64,000 nucleotides of DNA from positions 41,478,001 to 41,542,000 of the forward strand of contig NW_024704742.1 in assembly GCF_018977255.1 (NCBI RefSeq). Reading direction: 5' to 3'. A program made the translations under genes and the position numbers. Numbering within the stretch: the first letter of the stretch is position 1; each line of letters begins with the position of its first letter. Source of the stretch: Callorhinchus milii. Lineage: Eukaryota. Under the pieces are notes generated by a model. That model was not told where the DNA came from, made no database searches, and saw only the letters and a program-made list of their open reading frames with translations. This document shows positions 25,715 to 38,266 of the stretch, one piece after another.

Positions 25715-25993
25715 GAAGTTACCCTCCTTCGGGTAGCAGAGTGGCCCCATTCAGGCCAGTGCTTTTGAAACTCTTAAGACAAGGTCTTCAAACAGTGAGT
25801 GGAGTGGAAGGAAACGTTTCACACGGGGTTTCATTTCTTTTTCGGGGGGGGGGGGGGGGGGGGTGTGTGTGTGTTTTTTTTAAAAAAAATAAAAAAATCA
25901 GGCACCCGTCCGAGGACGGTTTTATCCCCACGCACAGCACAGCACACAGCGCGCGAAAAAAAACACACGCACAGAGGAAAAAAAAAACCAGCC

Positions 25994-26058
25994 CCAATCT
26001 GGCAACGATGGGAGGTGGGGCGGGTTGTATTTATAAACTCCGGACACCGTCACGTGAC
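25994..26058. promoter_or_regulatory. Intronic promoter-like cluster: CCAAT, GC box, TATA, palindromic E-box
   Basis: CCAAT at 25994, GGGGCGGG at 26017, tatttataaa at 26028-26037 (TATA on both strands), GTCACGTGAC at 26049-26058. Confidence 0.5.
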
Positions 26059-26582
26059 TGCCCCTCGCTCGCTCGCTCGCGCGTCCCCTCCCCTTCCCCT
26101 CCGAGCTCGCGCTGGTGTTCGGGCGGGTGACCAGCCAACCGGCCGTTAGCGCTCGCGCTCTCTCTCTTTCTCTCTCTCTCTCGCGCGCGCGCGCGGCCAC
26201 CACCACCACCACCGCCGCCGGCTCAAGACGGGGACGGATGGAGGGGGGGGGCGGGGTGTCGGGCTTTTCCCGCTGACAAAAGAGGTCGCCATGGCAGCCA
26301 AGGCGGCTCGCGGAGTTCGCCGTCAAACTTCGAATTCGAATCCCAACCGCCACGCCACCAACCGTCACTTTTTTTTTAAAAACAAACTCCTTCCTCCTGT
26401 CTCGCGCTCGCTCGCCTCGCTCTCTCTCTCTCCGGGGTGGGTGGTGGTGTGTGGGGTAGAGAAAGCCACCGCCGCTCACTCACACACCGACAGAGTCACA
26501 GAAATAAAGTATACATAGACATACGTAGGATACACAAATGTGCGTCTGGATCGCCACAGGGAAAACGACTGATTTTTTTTTG

Positions 26583-26740
26583 CACACACACACACACACA
26601 CACTGAGCGCGGGGTTTATATGTATTTTGTTGTTCGGTGCTCGGAAGCTTCGAAATCCTCGAGGAGAGAGTGCGCGTGTGTGTGTGTGTGTGTGAGAGAG
26701 AGAAAGAAAGAAAAAGAGAGATCAAGAGAGGAGAGAGGGT
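26583..26740. repeat. (CA)n, (GT)n and (GA)n microsatellites in the CpG island
   Basis: Dinucleotide runs visible at ~26584-26602 and ~26675-26738. Confidence 0.9.
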
Positions 26741-27028
26741 GAGAATTAGAGCGGTGTATGTATTGCACCGGACATGTACTCACTGGAATGGCGAGGGCTC
26801 TCCGGAGTCAAGACAAAAGAAAATGGAGCCAGGTACCCTCTCTCCGGAGGAGCAACTTCAGGGCCAAATTCGCAGGGAAACACTTATTCGCCGGGTAGGG
26901 GTGGGGGGAAGAGTGGCGAAACAAGACGAGATGGCGGACGGAGGGAAGAGGAGGAGGGGGGGGGGGGGGGGTAGTGGTGGTGGAAACTGCGGTGCTGACA
27001 GCCGAAAGCGCGCGTTGACCGTCCTTAC

Positions 27029-27125
27029 CTACACAGTGTATGAGTTTGTACCGCCAGGAATCTAGTTCCCGCCGAAAACCTCTTCTTTCTGCCGTACATC
27101 TGGGGCTACCGCACTGACTCGCCAT
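27029..27125 (-). CDS. LCORL: LCORL-like corepressor, coding exon 1 ([33 protein letters not shown])
   Basis: ATG at 27125 in good Kozak context (ggaATGG); 97 nt ending in phase 1 at donor G|GTAAGG; peptide matches the recalled LCORL N-terminus ([30 protein letters not shown]); lies in CpG island. Confidence 0.9.
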
Positions 27126-27152
27126 TCCGTCCTAGCCCTGGTGCTGTGCGTC

Positions 27153-27233
27153 TGACGTCAGCGCGCCGCTATTTACATAGCACGTCGCGCCCGCCCGGGG
27201 GAGGGGGGGGGGGGCGTCTCTGATTGACGTCTG
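27153..27233 (-). promoter_or_regulatory. Proximal promoter motifs upstream of exon 1
   Basis: Perfect CRE TGACGTCA at 27153-27160, AT-rich TATA-like ctatttacatag at 27169-27180, GC-box-like cccgccc near 27190, second CRE-like TGACGTC at 27226. Confidence 0.55.
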
Positions 27234-28699
27234 TCACCAGCTCGCGGGAGGGAGGGGGGGGGGTGGAGCCTCGTGTTGCAAGACCCCAGCGCGGTGTCCG
27301 AGTGACAGACAGTGACTTGGGTTTGATTTCCTACCCTCCCTCCTCCCTCCCTCCCAATGGAAGAATGAGGGAGAGCGAGAGGCGGTGCAGAGATGGCGGA
27401 TCGGGTGCCGGGCTGACAGACAAAAGCGGCTTCAAACAAAAACAAGAGCCGCGCGGGATCTGTGCTTTCAGTTGCAATTTGTTTTTTTTCTTGCACATGG
27501 CATCCTCACTCCTAAAGTTGGGAGAGAGAGAGAGAGGGAGAGAGAGAAAGAGAAAAAAAAGAGCTATTTGCCAACGTTGGTAGATGTTGCTTTAAGCTGT
27601 GCTCCCTTCCCCTTCCCTCCACCCCACGTACACGTTTAATGTGTTTTGATGGGGTATGTTTAGAAATAAAGAGGCCTTTGTAAAAATTAAAGCTCTACGA
27701 GGAGGGGCTGTTTCGATCCGCTTCTGGCAATGAATTGTTTTCATTCCCCTCCTTCCTTTAGATTGGTGGATGCACAATAATTTTAACGCTCTGAACGTAA
27801 AATTTCCAGTCAGACTTAAAAATAGACCTTGGGCACCTTCAGCGAGATCATCTGTAGATACATTGCAATAAGTTTTAACGTGAGAAACTGCTAGGTGGAA
27901 AAAGTCAACTACTTCAATAATTATAATCGTACAAAAAAGCACCTACGTGCGATGATCTATTACATTTCAGATATTTTAATTTTAAAATGCATCGCTCTGG
28001 AAAGATGAGGGTTCATAGTAGAAAAATGTAACTGTCATTTCATGGCAGCCATTCAACCAGCCTCCCTGCAATGTGTACACTCAATATGTATATTTACATA
28101 ATGAAAATGGATTTTCTGTACCTGTAATATACATATTTGAAATTCTAATATAGACTCTTTAGTGCACTTTGAGATGTCGAAAATGTGTGCTGTATCATAG
28201 CATGACTGCTCACATGAACATTTGTTTATACTGACCAATAAATATACAGAAAATAATTTGTGCATCTACATTTCCCAATTTTCAACTGCCCATTAAGACT
28301 GCAATATGGTCTCTGGCACAAATCATTATCCTATTGACTGCTGTGATATTTTTAAAACTTCTCCTTGAAGCTCACTAATGCAGATCTACACTCACTTTTC
28401 AAAGTATCTTCTCCACCTCAGTTTTTGCATGAGTTCTCTTTTCATTGCATTGTTACGAGATCTCAAACGGCAAAATTATATTGTTCATAATTTTCCCCCC
28501 TTCTTATTGAGGATTAAGAACTTTGGAAATAGCACCAAACAATTGGCTACGGCATGCTTCTGAATTAATGCTTTTTTAACACTTTTCATGTTAGCTAATA
28601 TTAGTGAAAATTTGAGCCTAATATCACTTTGCATTCCATGAAATCATTTTGATTTCGGTGAATGAGATTCATTGGACACCTCCAAGCTGTTGGAATTGT

Positions 28700-29442
28700 A
28701 GATAGCCACATAATATGGAGGGCTCTGTCTTCTCCTTTTTAATATCTGTATGCTCAGCTATGTCATCTGCAGCCATGGGATTAACTACATGTATGCAGAT
28801 GACACGCAACTTTCTCTCCCTGTCCACCCTTGATTCCAGGACCATTTTTGTTCTTATCAATTGCCTGTCAGACATTAAGTCCTGGATGAGCATTAACTTT
28901 CTCCAGGTGAATTTTGATAAATCAGAGGCCCTCCTGCTTGTCTCCTGTCAGCACCTCCACACCTCAGGTCTTGACAATGTTAATCTATGTGGATGCACAC
29001 TCCAACTAGTGGAGCCAGCAATAATAAATATAATCAAAATGCAAAATACTGCAGATGCTGGAAATCTGAAACAAAAAACAGAAGTCGTTGGGAACGCTCA
29101 GCAGGTCAGGCAGCATCTATGGAGAATATACAGTATATTCTGCAAAGAACTTTGAGACGTCTTGAAGATGTGATAATTCGCTATATCAAATTTAAGGATT
29201 ATTATAAGGATTATTATTAACTGCACAGCCTACTGTTCCCATCTCGAATGGCTCCATTGGCTTCCCATCTCCCAGTGGATCAATTTCAAGATCCCAGCGC
29301 CCACCTTTAAATCCTATTACCTTTGCAATCTTTTCAAATCTTGCAAACCCACTCACTCCCTCTGCACACAGGCCTGCTTCATGTCCCCTGCCATATGTCC
29401 CAACATGAAAGGCTTTATCTAAATGTAAATTTGTTGTTGTTG
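28700..29442 (+). mobile_element. L2 fragment interrupted by a Penelope-type end (29040-29125) and a SINE tail (29125-29220)
   Basis: tatgcagatgac (YADD); CLSDIKSWMSINFLQVNFDKSEALL; insert aaaatactgcagatgctggaaatctgaaac...ctcagcaggtcaggcagcatc resembles recalled chondrichthyan Penelope termini. Confidence 0.75.
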
Positions 29443-30799
29443 ATTGGAATTCAAATATGCTTCAGAGAGTAATGTTGAGAGTTTCTTGTGAACAAAACAC
29501 ACTCCATTTATTCAATTAAAAAGATGTTTAGTTTGAATACATAATAGAAACATTCAAATATAACTGCAAGTAGCAGGTGTTAAAATAGGAAACATTTCAG
29601 TTGCTGTTGCACACTGGAGTTGCAACTGGTCTTCTTTTGAGTTGGATAGTCCTGTTTTATGGAAAGAATGGCAAATGCAAAACAGACATAAAGACTTTTT
29701 TTTAAATACTGTAAATCCCCTTATTTTATGTGAAAGCTGTCTGAGATATTACCTCGGAGGACGGTTGCTAATATAATTGTTGTAATTTAGGTTATTAAGA
29801 CTTTCTATTCATATTAATGATCAGGAAAACAAACCTGAAATCTCACCTTGTGCCTGAATTTGATCTTGGCAAAAGGTAGTAAACCTAGTGAATACATCTG
29901 TGCAACAAATGCTTAATCACAGTGTGCGCCAAATGTTTTTAGTTGAGAGCAGATTTTCTTCCCCCTGGTCCTCAAAAACACTAAATTGCACTTATAACCA
30001 AACATACTGCTGAATGTTACATTACCACGCTCTTATTTAATTATTACCGTTTTGCACAAACATATAATGATGATGATAGGAGAAGCCTTGTTGGCAATTT
30101 CTACACTTTGAATCATGCAGTCTTTTTACAAAAGTTTCTTCCCTCGGTAGTTCCTCTTCTGCACAAGCCGTTAAGTTCCTGCCTCCAGCATTGCCTGGTT
30201 AAATTGCACAATCCTTGTGTACATTTGGTAGCTCACATTTACGAGGCCAACAAAATGGATTATGTAAACAATAATTGACAGTCTGGCTGAGGAAATTTTC
30301 ACATTCCCTGTTTTGAAGTTAGGAAATACCACTTTGGTACATTTAATTTTTATAACCATGAATACACACTAATATATCAACCTATCCTACAGCTATTTCA
30401 TTTCTGTTTGTTTAATTCCATAAAAGATGTCTAGCTTTGTTTCAAAATAATGTGACTACATGTGAATGGAGAGATTACAATTAACAATAGATATATAGTA
30501 GAAACAATCTTATACTACATTGAATTTTAAAAGCTACAGGCAGATTCTAAACTTCTTGGTTTTTCATGTTTCTGCCCTAAATCATACTACCCAATATTGG
30601 CTATTTTTTATATTGCTAATTGCCTGACTCAAACTTTTGGAGGTCCTATGGAGTAACTTCAAAAACACATCAATAAATTGTGCACATTGCTATTTTGCAT
30701 AATTTTCAACATTTTATTACTAAATCTTCATCATAAACATTTCAGTTAATCTTCTGAGCTTTCCTAATCTTTGAACATATGCACAAGTGTTATTAAATA

Positions 30800-30930
30800 N
30801 NNNNNNNNNNNNNNNNNNNNNNNNNNNNNNNNNNNNNNNNNNNNNNNNNNNNNNNNNNNNNNNNNNNNNNNNNNNNNNNNNNNNNNNNNNNNNNNNNNNN
30901 NNNNNNNNNNNNNNNNNNNNNNNNNNNNNN
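30800..30930. other. Assembly gap (131 N)
   Basis: Run of n. Confidence 0.99.
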
Positions 30931-31274
30931 AAATTTAAATCTGAAGTTTGTAAAATGCTCATTATTCTTTTTCCCTTTTAGCTATTACTGTGAGAAAATT
31001 AGATAATTAACAATTTTTATCTCAGGAGTGCTGGATCTTCAAACATACAGGATGTAGGGGAATTCTCTAGATGGGTGTACATTTAGAACACGGGGTAATT
31101 TTCCTCCTGCCAGTAACATTAGCGCATAAATAGTGACAACGGGAAAACAGTTTTAACAGCATAACATTTTAGTATGCTTAAAAAAACTTTTTGCATCACA
31201 AAGTGATGCAAGTGGCAAACATTGATTGGGAAACTTTGTTGAAAAAGTAATTAAGATACCTAATTGATACTGGA

Positions 31275-32102
31275 ACAACAACAACAACAAAATGTAAAGT
31301 GCCTTTCACGTCAGGAGGACGTCCCAAAGCGCTGGACAGACAGAGTTTCGGATCCAAGCTGGGGGTTGGGGAAGGTGGAGGGTGGGGGGGAAGCAGAGAG
31401 ATCGAAAGCACTGTCGAAGAAGAGGGTCTTGAGATGGATCTTGAAGGTGGCAAGAAAGGAGGCAAGGCGGAGGGACTGCGGGATGGAGTTCCAGAGGGTG
31501 GGGGCAAAGTGGTGGAAGATCCCCCCGCCAATAGTGGGGCAAAGTGGCAAAAGATCCCTCCGCCAATAGTGGAGCGAGTGAGGCGGAGGACATGAAGCAG
31601 GCCGGAGCCCGCTGAGCAAAGGGAGCGAACAGGATGGTAGGGGTTTAGGAGGTCACAGAGTTAGGGCAGAGCAAGACCATGGAGGGCTTTGAAGGTGAGG
31701 ACCAGGATCTTGAACTGTATCCTCTGTGTGATGGGAAGCCAGTGGAGTTGGCCAAGGATACGGGTGATAGGGTCATGGAGCCTGGTATGGGAGAGGACAT
31801 GGGCTGCAGAGTTCTGGATGATCTGCAGCCTGTGGAGGGAGGCGTTGGGGAGGCTGACAAGCAATAAGTTTGCATCGTCAAGCCTCAATGTAATGAAAGC
31901 ATGTATGAGGGTTTTGGTGGCCTACGGTGTGAGGCAGTGGCAGAGCCGAGCAACGTTGCAGAGGTGGGGGAAGGCAGAGTGGATCATGGCACGGATGTGG
32001 ATGTGAAAGGATAGTTGAGGGTCAAACAAGACTGCAAGGTTCCGGACTGGCTTAGCAAGGTGGAGTGCACAACCATGGATGGTGATGCTGTCAGCGCCTG
32101 AA
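31275..32102 (-). mobile_element. L2-clade LINE 3' fragment
   Basis: LHRLQIIQNSAAHVL...LHWLPITQRIQFKILVLTFKALHGL; (CAA)n tail on the plus strand; internal ~35-bp duplication near 31498-31572. Confidence 0.92.
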
Positions 32103-33569
32103 ATGACAATTGATCTTGGAAATCTACACTTTCAATAAGGTTTATGAAATGGGACAATTAAATATTAGTCCGAGCACAATACAATTTATACTTATATAGC
32201 ACCTTTCACATTTATATGGGGCCTTTCAAAATGCTTTACATATTTGGCTGGCATCCGAGCTAGGGAGTGGGAGCCGAAGAGTAGCATGTCATGTGTTCGC
32301 ACCATGTTGCACGTTTGTAATGGAGCATGGACGAGTTTTCATTTGTATTATGGCATTTTCTTCAATTGGTGTTGCCATTGTCTTATTGAAGGAGGAGACA
32401 GGTGTAAGGACCTTAGGTTATCTGCAGGAGACCCTTTTTCTGCAGATAAGCTCAATGTGCAGGCCCCAGACAGCTTCACCTGGACCTCAACTAGAAGACA
32501 GATTTTCTTATGAGACTCTGCCAGAACTGTGCAACAGAATGGGAGAGGACTAGAGGAAGTCCACAGTGGTCAAGTCTAATTTCCTTGTGGTAGGGAAGAT
32601 CACTGTAGTTGTGAATATCTATCTAATGGGCTCCTTTTATTTTCCCTCTGGGCACTGAGCGGCATCAGTTAAAGGTCATTGATGTTTATCAATTCAGCAG
32701 GTGATAGAACTCTTGCTGAGAAAGGACCAGGAATATTGTATATTTCAACAGAAACTAACAGACAGGTGATAAGCAGCATTTTTGTTTGATTGTGGCAATG
32801 ACTTGAGTTTATATAGCAGCTTATACATAAAAGAACATTTTCAAAATATTTGTCAAATAAGGTGGTGCACAATGAGCAGAGAACTAACAGAATTGAAATG
32901 TTGAGTAAAGGCACAGCGGACGTATTTTTAAAAAAGAGATCATTGACGGCAAGAAGAGAGATAGCAAAGCACATTGATTTTAGAAAGAGTTCCAGTAGAC
33001 AGGGCTATGGTGGCGGAAGGTTTGGTGACTGGTAGTAGATTAAAGAGGGTAGATAGCAAGCAATAGACCTACAGCAGAAGATATGGTTTAATATGTAGGG
33101 CAGGAGAAGATTGCTTGGAGAGGCAAACTGGAATGATTTGAATGAGAGAGAAGTTCTTAAGTATTGATCTTCTGAGGTACTAGGAGCCAATGGAGCTTAG
33201 GCATGTAAACTCTTGCAGAGAGGGGAACTCCACTGCAGAGAGTGACTCTAGGGAGGTTAGCGAGGATATCATTGCAAGCATCTCTCCTCAAGCTGATGAG
33301 CAAGGTGACGATAAAGATTTTAGCAGTAGCATAACTGGGCTTTGTTCTGGTGGTGGAAGAAGATTTTGCATATGGAACAGATGTAAGGCTTGAAACTTAA
33401 CAGTTTGGGGTCCAGCAGGATGCCAAGATTTTGTACTCTGTAATTCCTGTATACAAATGCGTTTACACATGATTTACACACAATGCATAAAACTTCTGCA
33501 TTTAGACATAACAGACCGAATGTATACTGATTCTTAACATCTATGAAAGTGATTTATAAATTAACCTCA

Positions 33570-34690
33570 CATCCATACTTCTGCTCTCAAACTACTGCCC
33601 CATCTCCATCCTCCCTTTCTTTTCCAAGGTCCTGGAATGAGTTATCTCTTCCCAGCTTCGCACCTTCCTCTCCCGCCACTCCCTTCACGAACCACTCCAA
33701 TCGGGTTTCCGTGCCACCCAGCACAGAAACAGCTGTGGTCAAAGTGACAAATGACATTCTGTCCATCTGTAACCAGGGCTTCCTCTGCCTCCTTGTCCTC
33801 CTTGACCTCTCTGCTGCTTTCGATACCGTTGACAACTCTATCCTCATCCATTGCCTCTCCTCTCACCTCAACCTTCATGGTTCCATCCTTGAAAAGTTCA
33901 TATCGTACCTCTCAAACCACCTCCACTTCAGGCGTTGACAGCATCGCCATCCATGGATATACACTCCACCTTACTATGCCAGTCCAGAACCTTGGCGTCT
34001 TGTTTGACCCTTAACTATCCTTTCTACCCCACATCCGTGCCATGACCCGCTCTGCCTTCCCCCACCTATGCAACATCTCTTGGCTCCGCCACTGTCTCAT
34101 ACTGCAGGATGCCAAAACCCTCATACAGGCGTTCATAACATCCAGGCTTGACTATGCAAACTCCCTGCTTGTCGGCCTTCAATTCTTCCCTCCAGAACTC
34201 TGCAGCCCGTATCCTCTCCTGCGCTAGGCTCCATGATCCTATCACCCCCATCCTTGCCCGACTCCACTGACTTCCCATCACACAGAGGCTACAGTTCAAG
34301 ATCCTGGTCCTCACCTTCAAAGCCCTCCATGGCCTCACTCCACCCTACCTCTGTGATTTCCTAACTCCCTACCATCCTGCCCTCTCCCAACCTCAGCAGG
34401 CTCCGACCTGCTTCACTTCCCCAGTCTTGCCAGCCCCCACCCTCTGGAACTCTATCCTGCGGTCCCTCTGCCTCCCCCCACCCTTGCCTCCTTCAAGACC
34501 CATCTCAAAACCCTCCTCTTCGAGGAGGAGGGTCTTGATGTATTTTCAATCATCCTCCTTCCCCCACTACCCTCCACCCTCCCCAGTCCCGACCCCCAGC
34601 TCGGATCTGAAACACTGACTGTCCAGTGCCTTGGGAAATCCTCCCGACGTGAAAGGCGCTGTACAAATGTAATTTTGTTGCTGTTATTGC
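33570..34690 (+). mobile_element. L2-clade LINE fragment with internal deletion
   Basis: STETAVVKVTNDIL...LLDLSAAFDTVD RT motif; SRLDYANSLLVGL; tail ending (TTG)n. Confidence 0.92.
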
Positions 34691-35649
34691 AATTGTATAA
34701 GCAGTTCGTTTTGATGCTAATGTTATGGAAAAATGGAAATTTATTAAAATTTTAGATATTTGGTGTGTGTGCCAGCTATGGTATTGGATCTCATCTTCTG
34801 TGTTAACATTGCATTTCTGTCACCATGCTTATGCACGTGTCATTGTGCTCTTTGTATTTCTCTTTGAATATCTCTTTTACTGAGACACCAACTGAGAAAG
34901 TTCATTGAAATCAGAGAGGTGAGGGTAAGATTAATGGCATTTCCTTATGTGGGGGGAAATTCTCCTGGATCTATATTGACTTTATTCACATAGCATTTCA
35001 GACTATTCAGAATTTGACAATTTGAACAGATAAGTAATCACAATTAAGTGATTTTAAGAACTACATTATATCAGAATGCATGAAGTTCTTACCATGGGTA
35101 TCATAAGTGGAGCAATACTGGAAATCACTGACCCATGAGAGACAAATCAGTAGCTTGAGTACTCGTATCGAGTCTCTTTGGGGTCCATCTGCTCATAGGT
35201 TATAATTAACTGCCTGAGGACAGAACACTAAACATCTATAAATTCCCTGAGGCCATCCCCGTGATTAACTGTAGCCTATTACCAAGATTTTGAAAACCAA
35301 TGATGATGGCTCCTTGGAGATTCAGCACCAATTGAGACGGCAGCTCTGAGAAGGTCCACTTGGGAAGTCACCAGCTTTCTCTGTATTAGCATGTGTCAGT
35401 GCACTAAGTCTCTTATCAAGTAGAACATGGTTGTACTGAAAAAAACTTTGAATTTGTCCATCCATGCCTTAACTTTGACGATAATCGCTGCTCTAATGTT
35501 CAGATACCCAAACCTCCGCCAATACTTGATGTACTTTAAGATTATTTTGTATAAAATTTTAAGGACCAGCTTCCAAATTGAGACAATTTACGAATTTTAC
35601 GGCATCCTGCACAAACTTAAATTTTCAGACAAATTGTCTTATATCATCG

Positions 35650-35845
35650 CTAGATCAACCTGTTCGCTCCCTCCAAACAGCGGGTTCCGACCTGCTCCAT
35701 GTCTGCCACCCGGCCCACCCGACCATCGGCGGTCGGGCCTTCAGCTTCTCTGCCCCCACCCTTTGGAACAGCAGCCCCCAATTCCTTTGTCTTGCCTCCC
35801 TTGCCTCCTTCAAAGCACATCTCAATACTCTTTGACCGCACATTC
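35650..35845 (+). mobile_element. L2 3' fragment
   Basis: PTIGGRAFSFSAPTLWNS. Confidence 0.85.
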
Positions 35846-35880
35846 AGCAACCCTCAAACAGTCGTGGATTGAGTAGCCAA

Positions 35881-36024
35881 ATTATTATGGTGTTTTTTTT
35901 CTTGAGGGATTATTATCAGGCATGTGGAGTAAGCAAACCTGCCCAAGGTTTTGCCCTGCTGGGAATCGAACCCAGGTTTCTTGCTTGCGAGGTGAGGGCT
36001 CTAACCACTTAGCTACAGGACTCC
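35881..36024 (-). mobile_element. tRNA-SINE 5' half
   Basis: Head ending agctacaggactcc on the plus strand; tail absent. Confidence 0.85.
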
Positions 36025-37849
36025 TAGTAGTATGGGAGGGAGTATGGAGTGGGTGGAAACTCGTATGGATTATAAACACCGGCAGGGACTGGTGGGCCGA
36101 GTGGCTGTTTCCGTGCTGTATATTCTTTGTTAATCTTTGTAAAATCAAAATAGTCAAAATGGCCTCTTTTTACAACAAACAACTCAGCTGAAAGAGAATT
36201 GAAAATAAAATACATGTATTCACCGACTTGAAGTTTCAATTCTGGCTTGATGCACTATACTTGTTGAAAGTAAAAAAAATGCCTCTGCTGAATACGAAAT
36301 CAACCTTCACATATTATTTTCATTATACCCTTACTGTAACACTAAAAATGATTGGATGAAAAGCAATCGCATGTGAGAGAACAGTTTCAGTATTGCTTGC
36401 TGGCATCTCAAAGCACAGATTATAGCCTGCAAAGAGCAGGTGACTGCTCCCATTTTAAAAAAATGGATTTTGTCCAAAGGTATAATAAAACAACCTGCAG
36501 TCTTCAGCCTATAACTATTTTCCTTCAAGTTATTGAATTGATCATAAATATGCAGATTTTATAGCCCTAGACCAGGAATTGATTCCTCTGTCAAAATTGT
36601 AGCCTGTGTTTTTACATGGGGAATTTGGGGTGAAGGGGGAAATTTTCAAGGGAATCTCATTTAGAATTTGTCAATATTAAAATATCTATATCTTCAAGTA
36701 CTTTACACAGGCTTGCCAGATATTATAATGTTGTAGAACTGATTTTTTTCCTCCAGGAAAGCTCTTGCTGAAACATGTAAATAGCAGATGATCCTCTAAC
36801 GATTGAAATGAGTACTGCAGCATTTTAATTTAAACACAAGTTCAAAGACCTTTTTTTTCAAATAAAACATCAAAATTATATTCCCCTATTTTTATAATAC
36901 AGTATAGAAAAGTTGCACTATTCCATAAAAATAATGAACATTAAAGGTGTTTTTTAAACACAAATCTTGGGTATGCACAAGATCCCAGGAATGGTTGGAT
37001 GAAGAAAGATCTTTGGCCCATTTAATTTCATCCTTTCAGGACACCCAACCTACCATCTTCCCACCACAACAAACTACTTTTTATACTCTCCAGTATACTG
37101 GTCTCAATCTCGCTTCCTGGCACCCTGTTCCAGTCATTAATTACCCTTTGGATAAATAAAAACATTCTGGTGTCTGTCCTGAAATTGCCCTTTACAACAC
37201 TAAATTTATGCTCTACTTTCTTGGTTCACTTTAGAGTATTGTTTTGGATTTATTTCTTCAATTCCATTTAAAATGTTATATATTTCTAAGGCCCCCTGTG
37301 AGACATTGTCTTTCACGACTGAGGAGCTTGAGATTGTATATTGTAGCTCATGGCTCGCTCTTAACTTTTTTTGGGGTCAACTAGTTGTGTCAAAACCAGG
37401 AAAAAATCAAGTGAGGGAGATAGATGCAAAGAAGTATGCACTCCAAGAACAAGGCCTGAAGTATTTTATATCTGTACAGTGCTGCGCAGTTGTAGGGTTC
37501 GGAAGCCATTTGAGAATGCACTATTTGCATGCCAATTACATGACTGCTCCACGTGCATTCTGGAAGCCAAGGAATTGTTTTAGAATTATTTTGTGGAGAA
37601 AATTATTTTTAACCCAATAATCTGGAAATTCATGGTGAAATCGTAAAAACTTGAATGTTGTGCTCAGTTAGCTAAATTTAGCTGGGCCAGCAGTTGGGGC
37701 ACTGAGTTGTGCCCCATTGCCTCCCCTGGTTAGGGAACAAAAATTCAGCTTGGGTTCCCATTTCTATTCACGATGTAGAATATATCCTGCTGGAGTTGTG
37801 CACGTTACACAGAAAGTCAAGTTAGCAGTACTGCCTGCACATAGCGTGA

Positions 37850-38266
37850 ATAATAATAATCTATATTTGGAATATCACTTTTCACGTCAGAAGGATGTCC
37901 CAAAGCACTCCACAGGATATACAGTAAAGGGCAATGACTGTGTGCTTCGTTGGTAAATGTGGCAGTCAATTTGAGCGCAGCAATGTTCCACAAACAGCCA
38001 CAAAGTGAAATAACAATGTTATTTGGGGGAATTGTTGGCCAGTACATGGGGAGAAAGTCCCTCCTCTTTTTAAATACTTTCATGGGATTTGATGCCCGCC
38101 TGGACAGGCCTCGGTTTAATATCTCATTGAAGAACAGCACCTCCAACGATGCAGCACATCCCTAGCACTTCATTGGAGTGTCAGTTTAGACTGTATAAGT
38201 TCCAAATCCTGACTTGGACTGAACCCATAACCTTCTGACTCAGAGGCAAGTGAGCCAGGCTGACAC
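37850..38266 (-). mobile_element. Older Deu-domain tRNA-SINE
   Basis: Colinear with 53635-54085 (head, Deu core, tail). Confidence 0.78.

Larger units (their letters stand above)
25240..27460. promoter_or_regulatory. CpG island / promoter region of the LCORL-like gene
   Basis: Sharp rise in GC and CpG (CGCG runs) against CpG-poor flanks; spans exon 1 and the start of intron 1. Boundaries approximate. Confidence 0.88.

Noticed and set aside
26808-27028. Remainder of ORF 26808..27125 as coding
   Set aside because: Similarity to LCORL stops at the GTAAGG donor; the rest is low-complexity intron read-through.
26637-27065. Plus-strand 142-aa ORF as a divergent gene
   Set aside because: Built from microsatellites and poly-G, antisense to exon 1, no recognisable homology or downstream exons.
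30720-30981. ORFs with X runs
   Set aside because: Artefacts of the assembly gap.
32200-33480. Cluster of short ORFs as a gene
   Set aside because: No consistent frame or splice structure; more likely a very old LINE remnant that I cannot classify.
35318-35350. C/D box snoRNA (ATGATGA...CTGA)
   Set aside because: Boxes only ~20 nt apart, no terminal stem and no host intron.
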